Source: Candidatus Rokuibacteriota bacterium (lineage in GTDB: Bacteria > Methylomirabilota > Methylomirabilia > Rokubacteriales > CSP1-6). Taken from it: 64,000 bases of DNA. Location of the stretch: contig QHSX01000047.1 in the NCBI GenBank assembly GCA_003221695.1, forward strand, positions 43,394-107,393. Reading direction: 5' to 3'. The notes beneath the pieces are model-generated. The model worked only from the letters and a program-made list of their open reading frames with translations, did not search any database and was not told the DNA's origin. The translations under genes and the position numbers were made by a program. This document shows, piece after piece, positions 26,573 to 36,037 of this stretch (position 1 is the first letter of the stretch; every line of letters starts with the position of its first letter).

Positions 26573-27427
26573 TCATCCCTTGAGACCGCTCATGACCACG
26601 CCGCGCACGATCCACTTCTGGCAGGCGAGGAAGACGGCGAGGATCGGCAGCACGCTCACGACGGCGGCGGCGGTGACGAGGTTGTACTCGATGAAGTACA
26701 TGTTGGTGAAGCTCACGAGCCCGAGCGTCACCACCTTCATCGTCGGCGAGTTCACGACGACGAGCGGCCAGAACAGCTCGTTCCACGTCCACATGAACTT
26801 CACGATCACGAGGGTCGCGATCGCCGGCTTCACGGCGGGCAGGATCACGCGCCAGAAGATCCCCAGCTCCCCCGCCCCATCGATGCGCGCGGCGTCGACG
26901 TAGTCGCTCGGCACGACCTCGATCGACTGGCGCATGAGGAACACGCCGAAGACGCTCACGAGGTCCGGCGCGACGATGCCGGCGTACGTGTCGAGCAGCC
27001 CCAGCCGATTGACCCAGAGATAGAGCGGGACCACCACGGACTGAAACGGCACCATGAGGATGCCGACGATGGCGAAGAAGAGCACGCCGTGGCCGGGGAA
27101 TCGGAACTTCGCGAAGCCGTAGCCGGCCAGCGACGACACGACGGCGCTCGAGAGCGCGGCGATCGAGGCGACGAGGGCGCTGTTGAGCAGGAATCGGCCG
27201 AACGGCTGGCGGTGGAAGACCTCGCGGTAGTTGTCGAGGTTGCTCCAGCGGTCGGGAAAGATCGAGAGCGGCAGCCGCTGGATCTCGGGCACCGTCTTGA
27301 GCGACGTGACCGCCATCCAGAAGAACGGGAACACCACGCAGAGCGCGCCCGCCGCCACCAGCGCCGCCGTCAGCCAGCCGAGCCGCGTCGTCTTCAATAC
27401 TCGACCTGGCGGCGGAAGAGCCGCCAT
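26573..27427 (-). CDS. carbohydrate ABC transporter permease (MalG/UgpE type)
   Basis: Six TM segments and the loop DAARIDGAGELGIFWRVILP. Confidence 0.9.
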   Translation of the reverse strand: MAALPPPGRVLKTTRLGWLTAALVAAGALCVVFPFFWMAVTSLKTVPEIQRLPLSIFPDRWSNLDNYREVFHRQPFGRFLLNSALVASIAALSSAVVSSLAGYGFAKFRFPGHGVLFFAIVGILMVPFQSVVVPLYLWVNRLGLLDTYAGIVAPDLVSVFGVFLMRQSIEVVPSDYVDAARIDGAGELGIFWRVILPAVKPAIATLVIVKFMWTWNELFWPLVVVNSPTMKVVTLGLVSFTNMYFIEYNLVTAAAVVSVLPILAVFLACQKWIVRGVVMSGLKG

Positions 27428-28263
27428 TGCAGCAGCGTGACGAGCAGCAGCGAGACGAAGACGAACACCGCCATCACCGAGGCGTCACCGAGCCGGAAGT
27501 ACTTGAAGGCGGTGTCGTAGAGCAGCATGATCACCGTCTGGCTGGCGCCCGCGGGCCCGCCCTGCGTCGTCGCGTACACCGTGTCGAAGATCTTGAAGTT
27601 GAAGATCAGCTCGAGGATCGCCACCATCACGATCTGCGGATTGAGGAGCGGCAGCGTGATCCGCCGCAGCGCCTGCACGGGACCGGCGCCGTCGATGGCC
27701 GCCGCCTCGTAGAACTCGGCGGGGATCGCCTGCAGGGCGGCCAGGAAGATGACCGTGTCGAAGCCGAGCCGCGCCCACACGTTCACCAGCGCCAGCGACG
27801 GCCGCACGAGGTCGAGGCTCTGCAGCCACTTGAGCGGCGGCAGGCGGAGCGCGCCGAGGAAATGGTTGAGCGCGCCGTAGACGGGATCGTAGATCCATTG
27901 CCAGATCAGGGCCGCCGCCACGAGGGAGACGGCGAACGGCAGGAAGTACATCGCGGCCCACGCGCTGCGCCAGCGGAGGCGCTGCAGGCGATGCAGGCCG
28001 AGCGCGACGGCGAGGGCGAGCACGACCGTGAGCGGCACCGACATGACGAGGAGGCTCACCGTGTTGCCGACGGCCTGCCAGAACGTGGGATCCGTCAGCA
28101 CCTTCACGTAGAGCCGCGTGCCGACGAACTGGCTGGCGCCGCCGGGCACGCTGCGATAGAAGGAGCCGAGCACCGACTCGATCAGCGGGACGAGGAAGAC
28201 GCAGCCGAAATACACGACGGCGGGCAGGACGAACAGCAGTCCCGCCCGCCGCTGGCGGTCCAT
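27394..28263 (-). CDS. carbohydrate ABC transporter permease (MalF/UgpA type)
   Basis: The loop EAAAIDGAGPVQALRRITLPLL and six TM segments. Confidence 0.9.
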   Translation of the reverse strand: MDRQRRAGLLFVLPAVVYFGCVFLVPLIESVLGSFYRSVPGGASQFVGTRLYVKVLTDPTFWQAVGNTVSLLVMSVPLTVVLALAVALGLHRLQRLRWRSAWAAMYFLPFAVSLVAAALIWQWIYDPVYGALNHFLGALRLPPLKWLQSLDLVRPSLALVNVWARLGFDTVIFLAALQAIPAEFYEAAAIDGAGPVQALRRITLPLLNPQIVMVAILELIFNFKIFDTVYATTQGGPAGASQTVIMLLYDTAFKYFRLGDASVMAVFVFVSLLLVTLLQWRLFRRQVEY

Positions 28264-28297
28264 GTACGAGCGCGGCGCGAGGAGCCGCAGCAGCAGA

Positions 28298-29560
28298 TCA
28301 GTCTTTCAGGATGCGATCCATCCTCGCCGCGGCCTCGTCGAGCAACGCCTTGGGCTGCCCTCGACCGTACAGCGCGGCCACCACCGCCTCGCCGAGCGCC
28401 GTGGCCAGCTCGTTCGACTTCGGGTGATAGTACTCTGGCGGCACCGGCTGCTTGAGCATCTCCTGCGTGGACTGGTAGTCGGGACGGCTCTTCACGTACG
28501 CCGAGTCCAGGTTCGCCGTCCACACCGGTAGGATCCCCTGCGCCTGGTGCTGGTCGAGATCGTCCTTGGCGGTGCTGATGAACTTGAGGTAGTCCCACGC
28601 GACCTGCCTGTTCGGGCTGTGCTTGTAGACCATGTTCGCCCACGGGAACAGCGCGCCCGCGCCGGGGCACGTCTTGCCGCACGGCAGCGCGTACACCTTG
28701 AAGGCGACCTCGGGCGCGTTCTTCTTCACCCAGCCGAAAAACCACGACTCGCGGAAGATCGTCGCCGCGCGCTTCTGGCCGAAGGCGTCTTCGGGCGTCG
28801 GGAACGCGATTGATGCGACCTTGTGCGTGTGGACGAGATCGGAATAGAACTGGAGCGCCGACACCATCTCCGGGCTGTTCGCGAAGCCCGTGGCCCTCTC
28901 GAGGTCCGGCGACAACATCCGCGCCCCGAACGCGTGCGCGAACGGTAGGAACTTGTCGGTGATGCCCACGGGATGGCCCTTGTGGCGGAGCGCGAAGCCG
29001 ACCTGGGTCGGCTCGCCTCGGGCGTCGAGCACGGTCAGCCGCTTCATCGCCATCAGCCAGTCGTCGAGCGTCTTCGGTGGCTTGTCGGGATCGAGGCCGG
29101 CCTTCCTGAAGAGCTCCGTATCGATGTACATCTGCTGGAAGTTGCCGTGCTCGATCGGGATGCCGTAGCGCACGCCCTTCCACCGGCCGACGTTGACGAT
29201 GTACTTCGGCAGATTCTCGTCCCAGATCTTCGCGAGGTCGGCGGGCATCTTGTCGCAGAAGTCATACTGGCCGCACCAGTGATGCGTCATACCCATGAAG
29301 ATGTCGGGCGCGCCGCTCTTGCCCATCAGCGCCGCGAGGTACTTCGCCTCGTAGCCCTGATACGGCACGGTGACGACCTGGACCTCGTAGCCGGACTTCT
29401 GCGCGAAATTTCTCCCGCGCGTCTCGTAGTACTTGTTGAACTCCGGGTTCTGCTCCCAGTGTGTCCAGAAGACCAGCTTCTTCGGCTGGGCCCAGCTCGA
29501 CGGCGTCGCCAGCGCCACCGCCACGAGCGCCGCCACCGCGATCACGCGCCCTCCACGCAT
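28298..29560 (-). CDS. extracellular solute-binding protein, family 1 (sugar ABC)
   Basis: The ATG at 29560 has AAGGAG 7 nt upstream. Signal MRGGRVIAVAALVAVALATPSSWAQ, then KLVFWTHW, typical of SBP_bac_1. Confidence 0.85.
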   Translation of the reverse strand: MRGGRVIAVAALVAVALATPSSWAQPKKLVFWTHWEQNPEFNKYYETRGRNFAQKSGYEVQVVTVPYQGYEAKYLAALMGKSGAPDIFMGMTHHWCGQYDFCDKMPADLAKIWDENLPKYIVNVGRWKGVRYGIPIEHGNFQQMYIDTELFRKAGLDPDKPPKTLDDWLMAMKRLTVLDARGEPTQVGFALRHKGHPVGITDKFLPFAHAFGARMLSPDLERATGFANSPEMVSALQFYSDLVHTHKVASIAFPTPEDAFGQKRAATIFRESWFFGWVKKNAPEVAFKVYALPCGKTCPGAGALFPWANMVYKHSPNRQVAWDYLKFISTAKDDLDQHQAQGILPVWTANLDSAYVKSRPDYQSTQEMLKQPVPPEYYHPKSNELATALGEAVVAALYGRGQPKALLDEAAARMDRILKD

Positions 29561-29636
29561 GCCCGCTCCTTTCGTCGGCGGGACGTCCGTCGCCGCCGCC
29601 GAAAGAATGGGCGAAGCCGGCGGAGAGGTCAAGAGG

Positions 29637-31256
29637 CTAGGAACTCCGTTCGGCGATGAGATGGATCACCGCGGGCGGCGAACCGCCCCGGTGAAACCGC
29701 CGCACCCGCTCCTCGATCGCCCGGTCGGCTGTCGTGACCCGTTCGTGCTGACGCAGGTGCTCCACCCACGACTCGACGGTGAAGATCTCGACGTACCTTC
29801 CTGGCTCGGCGGGGTCGCGGTAGACACTCCATGCGAGCGCGCCGTCACGGCGACGGACTTCGCGCAACTCCTGCATGGCGGCGGCGAACTCGCGCGCGTG
29901 GGCGGGATCGATGCGATATTCGACCTGAACGTGCACCGGGCCGGAATCCGCCCCTGGCATCGTGACGACGTGCGGCTCGGGCCAATGCGCGGACGATGCC
30001 AGATCAAGCGCACCGACGAGCCTCCATCGCGGGATCGCCGCGAGACCGATGACGAGGGTGCCGCCCGCCAGGGCAAGAGCCGGCTGCGTCCCGATCCGTT
30101 CAGCGACCACGCCCCACAGCGCGCTGCCGAGGCCGAGGCCTCCCTGAAACACGACGAGGTAGACGCCCAGGGCTCGGGCACGCACCCATGAAGGGACGGT
30201 TGTTTGAGCGGCCGCGTTGAGGCTCGCCATCATCGCGATCCACGCCAGGCCCCCGATGACCATGACGCCCCAGAGGCCGGGAAGCCACCGCCACGACGCG
30301 GTGAGCACGCTCACCAGAGCAAAGACGACCGTGGCGAGCCCGGTGAGCCCGTCGGAACTGAGTCGCCGCCGCAGCCGTGGCAGCAGCACCGCTCCGATGG
30401 TGGCGCCCAGTCCCACGCACGCCAGCAGAACGCCATAGCCGACCGCGGTCGCGCCCAACTCAGCGCGGGCGATCACCGGAAGGAGCGCCCAGAACGCGCT
30501 GGCGCACAGCATGAAGAGTCCGGTGCGGACCAGAACGGCCGCGAGCGGAGGAGCGTGTCGCGCGTAGCGCAGTCCCGCGCGGGTGGCGCCGAGCAGACGC
30601 TCGGCCGGCAGGACGGAGCGCGTCGCCGCCGCCCGGCGCCAACGATAGACGACCGCGAGGACTCCTACGAACGAGAACGCGTTCAACGCGAACACGAGCG
30701 CGGGGCCAGCGGCGGCCACGACGAACCCTCCGAGCGCCGGTCCGAGCGCGCGCCCGAGGTTCACGGTCAGGGCGTTCAACGCGATGGCGCGAGAGAGCTC
30801 CGGCTGAGGCACCACCTCAGGCGTGAGCGCCTGCCAGCTCGGCGCGTTCACGGCCGCGCCGAGACCGAGAGCGAAGGTCAGCGCGAGAAGGAGCGAGGCG
30901 TTCATGAGCCCGGCGAACGTCAGGACGGCGAGCACGCCCGCGATGACCAACATCCAGCCCTGCGTCCACAGCAGAAGCCGTCGGCGGTCGAAGATGTCGG
31001 CCGCGGCTCCGGCGGGAAGACCGACGAGGAACATCGGGAGACTGGTTGCCGCCTGAACGAGCGCCACCATCAGCGGTGACGACGTGAGGGACGTCATGTA
31101 CCACACGGCCGCCACGTTCTGCATCCACGTGCCGATGTTCGACACGAGGGCCGCCAGCCAGAGCGCACGGAAGACCTCGAGACGCAGTGGAGTCCACGCG
31201 CCACCGTGCGCGTCGTCACTCGCGATGTGTTCGTCGGCCGTCTCGGCCTTGCTCAT
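29637..31256 (-). CDS. MFS transporter (EntS/MFS_3-like) fused to a C-terminal ABM/Dabb-like alpha+beta domain
   Basis: The ATG at 31256 follows GAGG and lies 22 nt downstream of the previous gene's stop. Twelve hydrophobic segments are followed by VQVEYRIDPAHAREFAAAMQELREVRRRDGALAWSVYRDPAEPGRYVEIFTVESWVEHLRQHER. Confidence 0.8.
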   Translation of the reverse strand: MSKAETADEHIASDDAHGGAWTPLRLEVFRALWLAALVSNIGTWMQNVAAVWYMTSLTSSPLMVALVQAATSLPMFLVGLPAGAAADIFDRRRLLLWTQGWMLVIAGVLAVLTFAGLMNASLLLALTFALGLGAAVNAPSWQALTPEVVPQPELSRAIALNALTVNLGRALGPALGGFVVAAAGPALVFALNAFSFVGVLAVVYRWRRAAATRSVLPAERLLGATRAGLRYARHAPPLAAVLVRTGLFMLCASAFWALLPVIARAELGATAVGYGVLLACVGLGATIGAVLLPRLRRRLSSDGLTGLATVVFALVSVLTASWRWLPGLWGVMVIGGLAWIAMMASLNAAAQTTVPSWVRARALGVYLVVFQGGLGLGSALWGVVAERIGTQPALALAGGTLVIGLAAIPRWRLVGALDLASSAHWPEPHVVTMPGADSGPVHVQVEYRIDPAHAREFAAAMQELREVRRRDGALAWSVYRDPAEPGRYVEIFTVESWVEHLRQHERVTTADRAIEERVRRFHRGGSPPAVIHLIAERSS

Positions 31257-31278
31257 CGTCAGGACCTCAGCCCGGCGT

Positions 31279-33129
31279 TCAGAAGGCCCAACAACCGCAC
31301 GCCAATCCCCACGCACGATCTCCGGCAGGAGCGGCGTAGCCCCCGAACCGTGGGACGGGCGACCAGTCGGGCGCGGACGGCGGCAGCCGCGGGGCCAGGG
31401 CGGCGAACTCCTCCGAGCCGTGGACCACGTTTCCGCCGACGATCGTCAACGCGGACTCCAGCCGCTTGATGTCGTCGTCAGGAATCACAAAGTAGTCGGC
31501 GGACAGGACGGCCAGATCGGCGAGTTGTCCCGCAACAATTGCCCCCTTCTGGCCCGCCTCGCTCGAGAACCAGCTGCTGCCGACGGTCAACAGCCTCAGT
31601 GCCTCTTCGCGACTCAGACGATTCGAGCCGTCGTAGAGCGTCGTGCCGCCCACCGTCTTGCCGGTCGCGAGCCAGTAGAGAGCGATGAACGGGTTGTAGC
31701 TGGCGACCCGCGTCGCGTCGGTGCCCGCCCCCACTGGCACTCCCGCCTCGAGCATGGCGCGAATCGGGGGCGCCGCCGCGGCCGCACTCTTCCCGTACCG
31801 CTCCGCGAAGTACTCGCCCTGGTATGCCATCCGATGCTGGATGGCGATCCCTCCCCCGAGCGCGCGCACACGGTCGATGTTTCGATGCGAGATCGTCTCC
31901 GCGTGATCGATGAACCAGTGGAGCCCGTCGAGCGGCACTTCAGCGTTCACCTTTTCGAATGCGTTCAGCGCCCGGCCGATCGTCTCGTCGTAGGTCGCGT
32001 GCATCCGGAAGGGCCAGCGATGCTTCGCCAGCAACCCGACGACGCCTTCGAGCTCAGCCTCCATCGTCGAGGACATCTCGGGCCTCGGCTCGCGAAAATC
32101 CTCGAAATCCGCCGCCGAGAAGACGAGCATCTCGCCGGCGCCGTTCGTCCGATAGAAGTCGTCGCCGTCTCCCGGGCGTGTCATCTTCACCCACGCGGCA
32201 AAGTCCTCCATTTCCTGCTTCGGGCGCTGCGTGAACAGATTGTATGCGATCCGCAGCGTCAGCAGGCGCGTGCGGTGCAGCTCGTTCACCACATCGTAGT
32301 CGGCCGGGTAATTCTGGAATCCCCCGCCCGCGTCGATCACGCTCGTCACACCGAGACGGTTCAGCTCGCGCATGAAATAACGCGTCGACAGGAGCTGATG
32401 CTCCCGCGCGAGCTTCGGCCCCCGGGCGAGCGTCGAGTAGAGGATGGACGCATTCGGCCTGGCGATCAGCAAGCCCGTCGGGTTGCCCGCCTTGTCACGC
32501 TCGATGTGACCCCCGGTCGGCTCTGGCGTGTCCTTCGTGTACCCGACGGCCCGCAAGGCCGCACGGTTCAGCAGCGCCCGGTCGTAGAGGTGCAGCACGA
32601 ACACCGGCGTGTCCGGCGCCGCCTCGTTCAACTCCGCCAGCGTCGGCAGCCGCCGCTCCGAGAACTGCCACTCCGTGAAGCCGCCGACCACGCGAACCCA
32701 CTGGGGCGGCATGGTACGGCGCGCCTGGTCGCGCAGCATACGCATCGCCTCGGCGAGTGAGCGCACCCCGTCCCAGCGGAGCTCCATCATATAGTTGAGG
32801 CCGCCGCGAATGACGTGCACATGGGAGTCGTTGAGACCCGGGATCACCACCCGGCCGCGGAGATCGATGACACGGGTGGTCTCGCTGCGGTGCTCCATGA
32901 CGTCGGCGTCGGAGCCGACCGACAGGAAGCGTCCATCCTTCACCGCGACGGACGATGCCGAGGGGCGCCGTCGGTCCAGCGTTGTGATCCGTCCCCTCGT
33001 GAGAATCAAGTCTGCGCCGGTCGACGGCGTCGACGCCTGCGGGCTCATGGCACATCCTCCGAGCGCAACAGCCGCGCTCGCTCCCGAGAGCTGTGTGATG
33101 AATGACCGGCGGCTGACCATCTCTGTCAT
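31279..33129 (-). CDS. amidohydrolase family protein (Amidohydro_3, YtcJ-like), Tat-exported
   Basis: Tat signal MVSRRSFITQLSGASAAVALGGCA. Metal motif DSHVHVIRGG and a C-terminal GTDATRV. Confidence 0.85.
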   Translation of the reverse strand: MTEMVSRRSFITQLSGASAAVALGGCAMSPQASTPSTGADLILTRGRITTLDRRRPSASSVAVKDGRFLSVGSDADVMEHRSETTRVIDLRGRVVIPGLNDSHVHVIRGGLNYMMELRWDGVRSLAEAMRMLRDQARRTMPPQWVRVVGGFTEWQFSERRLPTLAELNEAAPDTPVFVLHLYDRALLNRAALRAVGYTKDTPEPTGGHIERDKAGNPTGLLIARPNASILYSTLARGPKLAREHQLLSTRYFMRELNRLGVTSVIDAGGGFQNYPADYDVVNELHRTRLLTLRIAYNLFTQRPKQEMEDFAAWVKMTRPGDGDDFYRTNGAGEMLVFSAADFEDFREPRPEMSSTMEAELEGVVGLLAKHRWPFRMHATYDETIGRALNAFEKVNAEVPLDGLHWFIDHAETISHRNIDRVRALGGGIAIQHRMAYQGEYFAERYGKSAAAAAPPIRAMLEAGVPVGAGTDATRVASYNPFIALYWLATGKTVGGTTLYDGSNRLSREEALRLLTVGSSWFSSEAGQKGAIVAGQLADLAVLSADYFVIPDDDIKRLESALTIVGGNVVHGSEEFAALAPRLPPSAPDWSPVPRFGGYAAPAGDRAWGLACGCWAF

Positions 33130-33180
33130 CCCTCAACCGCTGAGGCGTTTGCCCACCCGAGCCGTGTCGCGCGTCCGCTG

Positions 33181-33888
33181 CTACGTGTGCGCGGTCGGCG
33201 CCGCGGCGGGGACGTAGTCGGGCAACTTCGTCGCTGGCGCCCCGTGCACCATCGTATAGGCGTATTCGACGCCGACGCCGTACGCGCCACAATGAGTCTT
33301 CACGATGTCCATGACGGCGTCGTAGGTGTCGCGCAGCGCCCAATCTCGCTGCCACTCGAGCATCACGGACAGCGACGTGACAGGCTTCGCCCCGGCCTGG
33401 ATCACCCGTTTCATCGCGTTGTCGTGCGCGAGCTGGCTCACGTCGCCGCAGCAGTCTTCGACGACGTAGACCTCGTAGCCGTCGTGTATCGCCTGCACGG
33501 TCGGGAGCGCGACGCACGTCTCCGTCCAGAGACCGGCGAGCACGATCTTTTTCCGTCCCGTCTTCTTCACGGCGGCCACGAAGTTCGCGTCGTCCCACGA
33601 GTTCATCGACGAGCGCTCGATCGGCGTGTGGCCCGGAAACACGGCCTGCACCTGGGGCCAGAGATTGCCGCTGAAGGCCTGGGTCTCGACCGTGCTGAGG
33701 ATGACCGGGACGTCGAACACTCGCGTCGCCTTCGAGAGCGCGACGACGTTGTTGATGATCGCCTGACGGTCGAAGTTCGCCACCCCGAAGAGCATCTGAG
33801 GCTGGTGGTCGATCAGCGTGACGACACAGTTGTCGGGCGTGAGGAGTCCCTTTTCGCTGAGCTTCGGACGACCGTTACCTGGTGGCAT
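33181..33888 (-). CDS. isochorismatase-family cysteine hydrolase
   Basis: VVTLIDHQPQML, KKIVLAGLWTETCV (catalytic Cys), and an extra C-terminal extension of about 50 aa. Confidence 0.8.
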   Translation of the reverse strand: MPPGNGRPKLSEKGLLTPDNCVVTLIDHQPQMLFGVANFDRQAIINNVVALSKATRVFDVPVILSTVETQAFSGNLWPQVQAVFPGHTPIERSSMNSWDDANFVAAVKKTGRKKIVLAGLWTETCVALPTVQAIHDGYEVYVVEDCCGDVSQLAHDNAMKRVIQAGAKPVTSLSVMLEWQRDWALRDTYDAVMDIVKTHCGAYGVGVEYAYTMVHGAPATKLPDYVPAAAPTAHT

Positions 33889-34067
33889 GACCGCCTCCTT
33901 GAGACGAGAGTGAATGTGAGGGCTAGACGGGAGTGCCCGCCCGCAACGATCTGTGCAGCCAGCGCACCTGCAGCGTCACCCCGACCAGGAATGCAGACCG
34001 TCGGGTCTCGGAGGAGATCTGCCTGTCCCGCGCCAGGGCGATGAATGATTCTGACCCTCGTCGGGTA

Positions 34068-34901
34068 TTACCTGACAAACTCGGTGATGGCGGGAATCAC
34101 CGCCGCCGGCGCTTCTTCCATGAGCCAGTGTCCTGAACCTTTGATGACTTTACCCCGGACATCGGATGCAACCACCTTGGTCTGCTCGATGAGGAAGTCG
34201 CCGCTGGCCTTCTCGCCAGTGAGGACGAGCAACGGCATCGCGAGCCGCGACGTGCCCATGTGCGCGAAGTCTTGGGCATCACGTTCGAAGCTGCGGAAGT
34301 ATTCGAAGCCGGCCCGCATCCCGCCGGGCTGCGCGTAGGCCTGCGCGTAGATCCGGCGATCGGCCTCGGGCACCGAGTGCTTGGGGTCGGCGGCAAAGTC
34401 GTTCCAGAAGTGCTCGAAGTAGATCCGCTCGCGCCCCTCGACCAGTGCCAGCGGCACGGCACCGTAGAAGTGAAAGTGCCAGAGATCGCGCAGCAGCCAG
34501 ACGTCCTTCCACGCGCCGATGCCCGGCAGGAAGGCGTCCATCAGTACGACACGCTCGGTGGCCTGCGGAAACTGCGCGGCGTAGGCGTACGCGACCATCA
34601 GGCCGATGTCGTGGCCGACGATGCGGACTTGATCGAATCCCAATGACGTGGTCAAGGCATGGATGTCGACGGCCAGCGTCTTCTTGTCGTAGCCGGTTTC
34701 CGGCTTGGCGGATCCACCGGCGCCGCGCAAGTCGGGAACGATCACCGTGTGATGTCCGGCGAGCGACGGCGCGATCGGATGCCACATGTGGCCGGTCTGC
34801 GTATAGCCGTGGAGCAGGACGACGGGGCTGCCGCTGCCACTGATGCGGTAGTGCAATCGAACGCCGTTGACCTCGGCGAAGCGTGCCGTCACGCTGCTCA
34901 C
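34068..34901 (-). CDS. alpha/beta hydrolase (epoxide hydrolase / haloacetate dehalogenase-like)
   Basis: VNGVRLHYRISGSGSPVVLLHGYTQTGHMW, nucleophile GHDIGL, and a C-terminal GSGHWLMEE. The start is uncertain (GTG at 34901 or 34892). The track ORF extends to 35096 through Arg/Cys-rich sequence with no motif. Confidence 0.75.
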   Translation of the reverse strand: MSSVTARFAEVNGVRLHYRISGSGSPVVLLHGYTQTGHMWHPIAPSLAGHHTVIVPDLRGAGGSAKPETGYDKKTLAVDIHALTTSLGFDQVRIVGHDIGLMVAYAYAAQFPQATERVVLMDAFLPGIGAWKDVWLLRDLWHFHFYGAVPLALVEGRERIYFEHFWNDFAADPKHSVPEADRRIYAQAYAQPGGMRAGFEYFRSFERDAQDFAHMGTSRLAMPLLVLTGEKASGDFLIEQTKVVASDVRGKVIKGSGHWLMEEAPAAVIPAITEFVR

Positions 34902-35005
34902 TGCAGGTACCCCGGTTCCGTGTAGAATCCGATCGCCATGGCGCGAGTGGCAGATCTTACACAAAGGATCGCATTTGCACAAATCATTGCGTTTGGCCGT
35001 CTGAA

Positions 35006-35479
35006 CTACGCGGCGGAAACGCGTGTCCGCCCCGGCCGTCGCTTTTGGACGGCGACGTGAAGCAAGTGGGTCAGCCGCCGTTGCGCGTCGGCCCAAGCCT
35101 TCGTCCCCAATTCGCGGAGGACCTTGTCTTGCGCCCGGGCCCAGAGCGGCCGCGCGACCTCCAGGGCTCGCCGCCCTTTCGATGTGAGCCGCATCGCCTT
35201 GATGCGGCCGTCGGGGTGCGGACCACGCTCGATCACACCATCGCGCTCCAGAAGGTTTAGGCTGCGCGTCAGCGTCGTCTGGTCGATGGCGAGCGCGTCC
35301 GCGAGCTGCTTCAAGTTCGCCTCGCCCATGCGCGCGAGGGTCGCGAGAATGCTGAACTGAGTCACCCGGAGGCCGCTCGGCCGCAGGACCTCGTCGTAGA
35401 GTTGCGTCACCGCGCGCGTGACCATCCGGAGCGTGTTGCAGACACAGGGCGACAGCCGTCCGCGGTCCTGTCGAGCCAT
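35006..35479 (-). CDS. MarR family transcriptional regulator
   Basis: Winged-helix core LRVTQFSILATLARMGEANLKQLADALAIDQTTLTRSLNLLERDGVI. Alternative ATG starts lie at 35488, 35500 and 35536. Confidence 0.85.
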   Translation of the reverse strand: MARQDRGRLSPCVCNTLRMVTRAVTQLYDEVLRPSGLRVTQFSILATLARMGEANLKQLADALAIDQTTLTRSLNLLERDGVIERGPHPDGRIKAMRLTSKGRRALEVARPLWARAQDKVLRELGTKAWADAQRRLTHLLHVAVQKRRPGRTRVSAA

Positions 35480-35605
35480 GGACGTCATCCTAGCAGCCAT
35501 GGACGTGCCCGACAAGCCAATTGTATGTAGGCGCATCTTTATGCCTTGGATCCGCGAATCTCTCGGGTTCCGACGGCCATCCTAGTGGTCAGGAGGACCC
35601 GCAAG

Positions 35606-35962
35606 ATGAGTCCAAGCCGGGATCGCGAAGTGGCCGGAACGATCCACCTGACCGAGCAGACCTTCGACGAGGCGCTGCTCGCCACCCAGGGTCTCGTGAT
35701 GGTCGACTTCTGGGCCGAGTGGTGCGGTCCGTGCCGGGCGATCGCGCCGGTCCTCGAGGAGATCGCCGAGGCCTCGGACGGCCGGGCGACGCTGATGAAG
35801 GTCAACGTTGACGAGAACCCCGGGCTGGCGGCTCGGTACGATATCCGATCGATCCCGACGATCCTGTTCGTGAAGCAGGGCGTCGTCGTCGACCGGGTCG
35901 TCGGTGCGGTACCCAAGGCGGTGCTGCAGGACATCGTGAACGCGCGAGCCGTTCGCGCGTGA
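35606..35962 (+). CDS. trxA: thioredoxin
   Basis: The ATG at 35606 follows AGGAGG. Active site WAEWCGPCR and a typical IRSIPTILF. Confidence 0.9.
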   Translation: MSPSRDREVAGTIHLTEQTFDEALLATQGLVMVDFWAEWCGPCRAIAPVLEEIAEASDGRATLMKVNVDENPGLAARYDIRSIPTILFVKQGVVVDRVVGAVPKAVLQDIVNARAVRA

Positions 35963-36037
35963 GGGAGCCAAGCGAACGAGACGGCCGATGAGATCTGGGA
36001 CGGCGTGATAGACGTGTTCCTCCTGGCGCAGTAAGCC

